NCBI GenBank assembly: GCA_963663405.2
Contig: CAXXSM010000114.1
Location: 1 to 18,468, forward strand
DNA: 18,468 nucleotides
Source of the DNA: a bacterium
GTDB taxonomy: Bacteria; Hinthialibacterota; Hinthialibacteria; Hinthialibacterales; Hinthialibacteraceae
Direction: 5' to 3'
The translations under genes and the position numbers were made by a program. Below the pieces are notes generated by a model. The model saw only the letters and a list, made by a program, of their open reading frames with translations, did not search any database and was not told where the DNA came from. Positions 16,904 to 18,468 of this stretch are shown here, piece after piece (position 1 is the stretch's first letter; each line of letters begins with the position of its first letter).

Positions 16904-17542
16904 ATGGGTAGATCTTTGGAGAAAAAACGTTCGTTTTCCTTGATTGAATTATTGATTGTGGTATCGATACTTGGAATTTTAGCCGCGATTACTGTTTCCA
17001 ACCTTCGGAGCGCGTTGATCCGTTCGAAAATCGCGCACGCCTATGTGGATATGAAAACCATACATACCGCCGTCCAATCATTTATATCGAGTAAGATGGA
17101 AACGATCAACTTCAGTCTAGGAAAAGGCGGAATATTTTTTGGATCTAGTTATTTACTTTATGTGCCTTTAACGACACCGGTCGCTTATCTTCCGAACACG
17201 GATGTGGCGAAGGATATATTTCGAGAGAAATTCACACCGGAAGAAGGTGGAATCTGTTGGAAAGATACCTATTACGTCTATTTGTCTATTCAAGGGAGTG
17301 TTGAAAGTGGATGGAATAATGGGATGTTTTACATGTCCTCGATCGGTCCTGATAATAGACGCAGTGGGATGAACCACTTTGATGAGCGGAATCGGCTTCA
17401 ATTTCCCCGCCAACTCACTTATTCCTCCACAAACGGTCTGCTATCGAAAGGGGATGTAATCTGGTCGGCGCATTGCGATGTCTTGGTAGATATAACCGAA
17501 GAAGAATTGCGCGAATATTTAGAGTTATTTGGAGAACCTTAA
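16904..17542 (+). CDS. Prepilin-type protein, paralog 3 (alternative start 16892)
   Basis: KRS|FSLIELL with the same downstream motifs. Confidence 0.9.
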   Translation: MGRSLEKKRSFSLIELLIVVSILGILAAITVSNLRSALIRSKIAHAYVDMKTIHTAVQSFISSKMETINFSLGKGGIFFGSSYLLYVPLTTPVAYLPNTDVAKDIFREKFTPEEGGICWKDTYYVYLSIQGSVESGWNNGMFYMSSIGPDNRRSGMNHFDERNRLQFPRQLTYSSTNGLLSKGDVIWSAHCDVLVDITEEELREYLELFGEP

Positions 17543-17595
17543 AACTACTATGAAGTTAAAAGACTGTAAGTTGATCTTGTATTTTAAATTTTGAT

Positions 17596-18468
17596 TTAAA
17601 GCATATCCCAAGGATCGATATCTTGAATGACACGAAGACCTTTATGACGAGTGTGAAGGATTTTTTGCACGGGTTCGCTGTTGAGGACAGGACGAAAGGA
17701 CCGGTGGTTCCTGCATTTTAACGCCACCTGCCAGCGATAATGATCGCGTAGGCGATAAAGGGGCGCTTCCACGGGGGGAAGAAGAATTACGTCGTTTGCT
17801 GCGCCGAGACCATCGGAAAGTGTTTTGTAAAGTTCCCACGCGCGGCCCCGCGTGTGCCCTTCATTAGTTCCTTCAATGCGCCAGAGCACAAGCCGGGAAA
17901 AGGGTGGAAAACTGATTAATTTCCGGTAGCGGATCTCTCTTTCAAAGAAGAGATCGTAGCGTTGATGCAGGGCCAGCTGGATGCTGTAATGATCGGGGCA
18001 ATGACTCTGAACGAATACGGCGCCGGCGTATTCCCCACGTCCGGCGCGGCCGGCGACCTGGGTCAGGAGGGTGAATGTGCGTTCCGCCGCGCGGAAATCA
18101 GGCAGCGAGAGGGCGTAATCGGCGTTGATGATCCCTACAAGAGTGACGTTGGGAAAATCAAGGCCTTTCGCGATCATCTGGGTTCCAACCATGACATCCG
18201 CCTGCCCCTGTTTGAATTGATTCAGCAAGCGTTCGTGTTCCCCTTTTCGCTGGGTTGTGTCCCGATCAAGCCGGATCACACGGGCGTTTGGGAGAAGCTC
18301 TTTCACCGTCTCAACTACGCGCTCCGTCCCAAATCCCCGCTGGCGTATAAATCGCTCCTTACAGGATGGACAATGATTCGGAAGCAAGGCGCGATAGTCA
18401 CAGTGGTGGCAAACGAGTTGATCCCGCGATTTGTGATAGACCAGCGCCACACTGCAATGCTTACAGTC
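17596..18468 (-). CDS. priA: Primosomal protein N' (replication restart helicase), 5' truncated by window
   Basis: Zinc ligands CKHC, CHHC and CPSC. Motifs GFGTERV, VGTQMIAKGLDFPNVTLV, PDFRAAERTF, QVAGRAGR and terminal DIDP. Confidence 0.97.
   Translation of the reverse strand, partial: DCKHCSVALVYHKSRDQLVCHHCDYRALLPNHCPSCKERFIRQRGFGTERVVETVKELLPNARVIRLDRDTTQRKGEHERLLNQFKQGQADVMVGTQMIAKGLDFPNVTLVGIINADYALSLPDFRAAERTFTLLTQVAGRAGRGEYAGAVFVQSHCPDHYSIQLALHQRYDLFFEREIRYRKLISFPPFSRLVLWRIEGTNEGHTRGRAWELYKTLSDGLGAANDVILLPPVEAPLYRLRDHYRWQVALKCRNHRSFRPVLNSEPVQKILHTRHKGLRVIQDIDPWDML

Noticed and set aside
15393-17542. Diversity-generating retroelement (TR/VR) among the pilin paralogs
   Set aside because: Differences involve all four bases with many synonymous changes rather than adenine-specific ones, and no reverse transcriptase is present.

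Overview
Bacterial accessory region with GC-moderate genes and AT-rich, repeat-dense intergenic spaces. The pseudopilin family suggests a Sumerlaeota/Hinthialibacterota-like lineage (inference). Genes in order: 3' end of a sulfatase, a YfdX-like secreted protein, a GH89 alpha-N-acetylglucosaminidase, a membrane-anchored VOC protein, a PAS-PAS-GGDEF diguanylate cyclase, a probable small ORF, an exported DUF4380-like protein, a GH78 alpha-L-rhamnosidase, a REC-REC protein, three tandem prepilin-type paralogs and the 3' part of priA. The first three genes carry single-base frameshifts, probably sequencing indels. The most notable structure is non-coding: (1) a MITE-like family with ~22-bp terminal inverted repeats and ~8-bp flanking direct repeats, two copies of which duplicate a neighbouring stop codon; (2) a 2.46-kb islet bounded by a 33-bp duplication of the sulfatase 3' end; (3) a small ORF enclosed by inverted copies of another hairpin element; (4) a 48-bp tandem array built from a dispersed palindrome. 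No transposase, integrase, CRISPR array, rRNA or tRNA was recognised. All alignments were done by eye.
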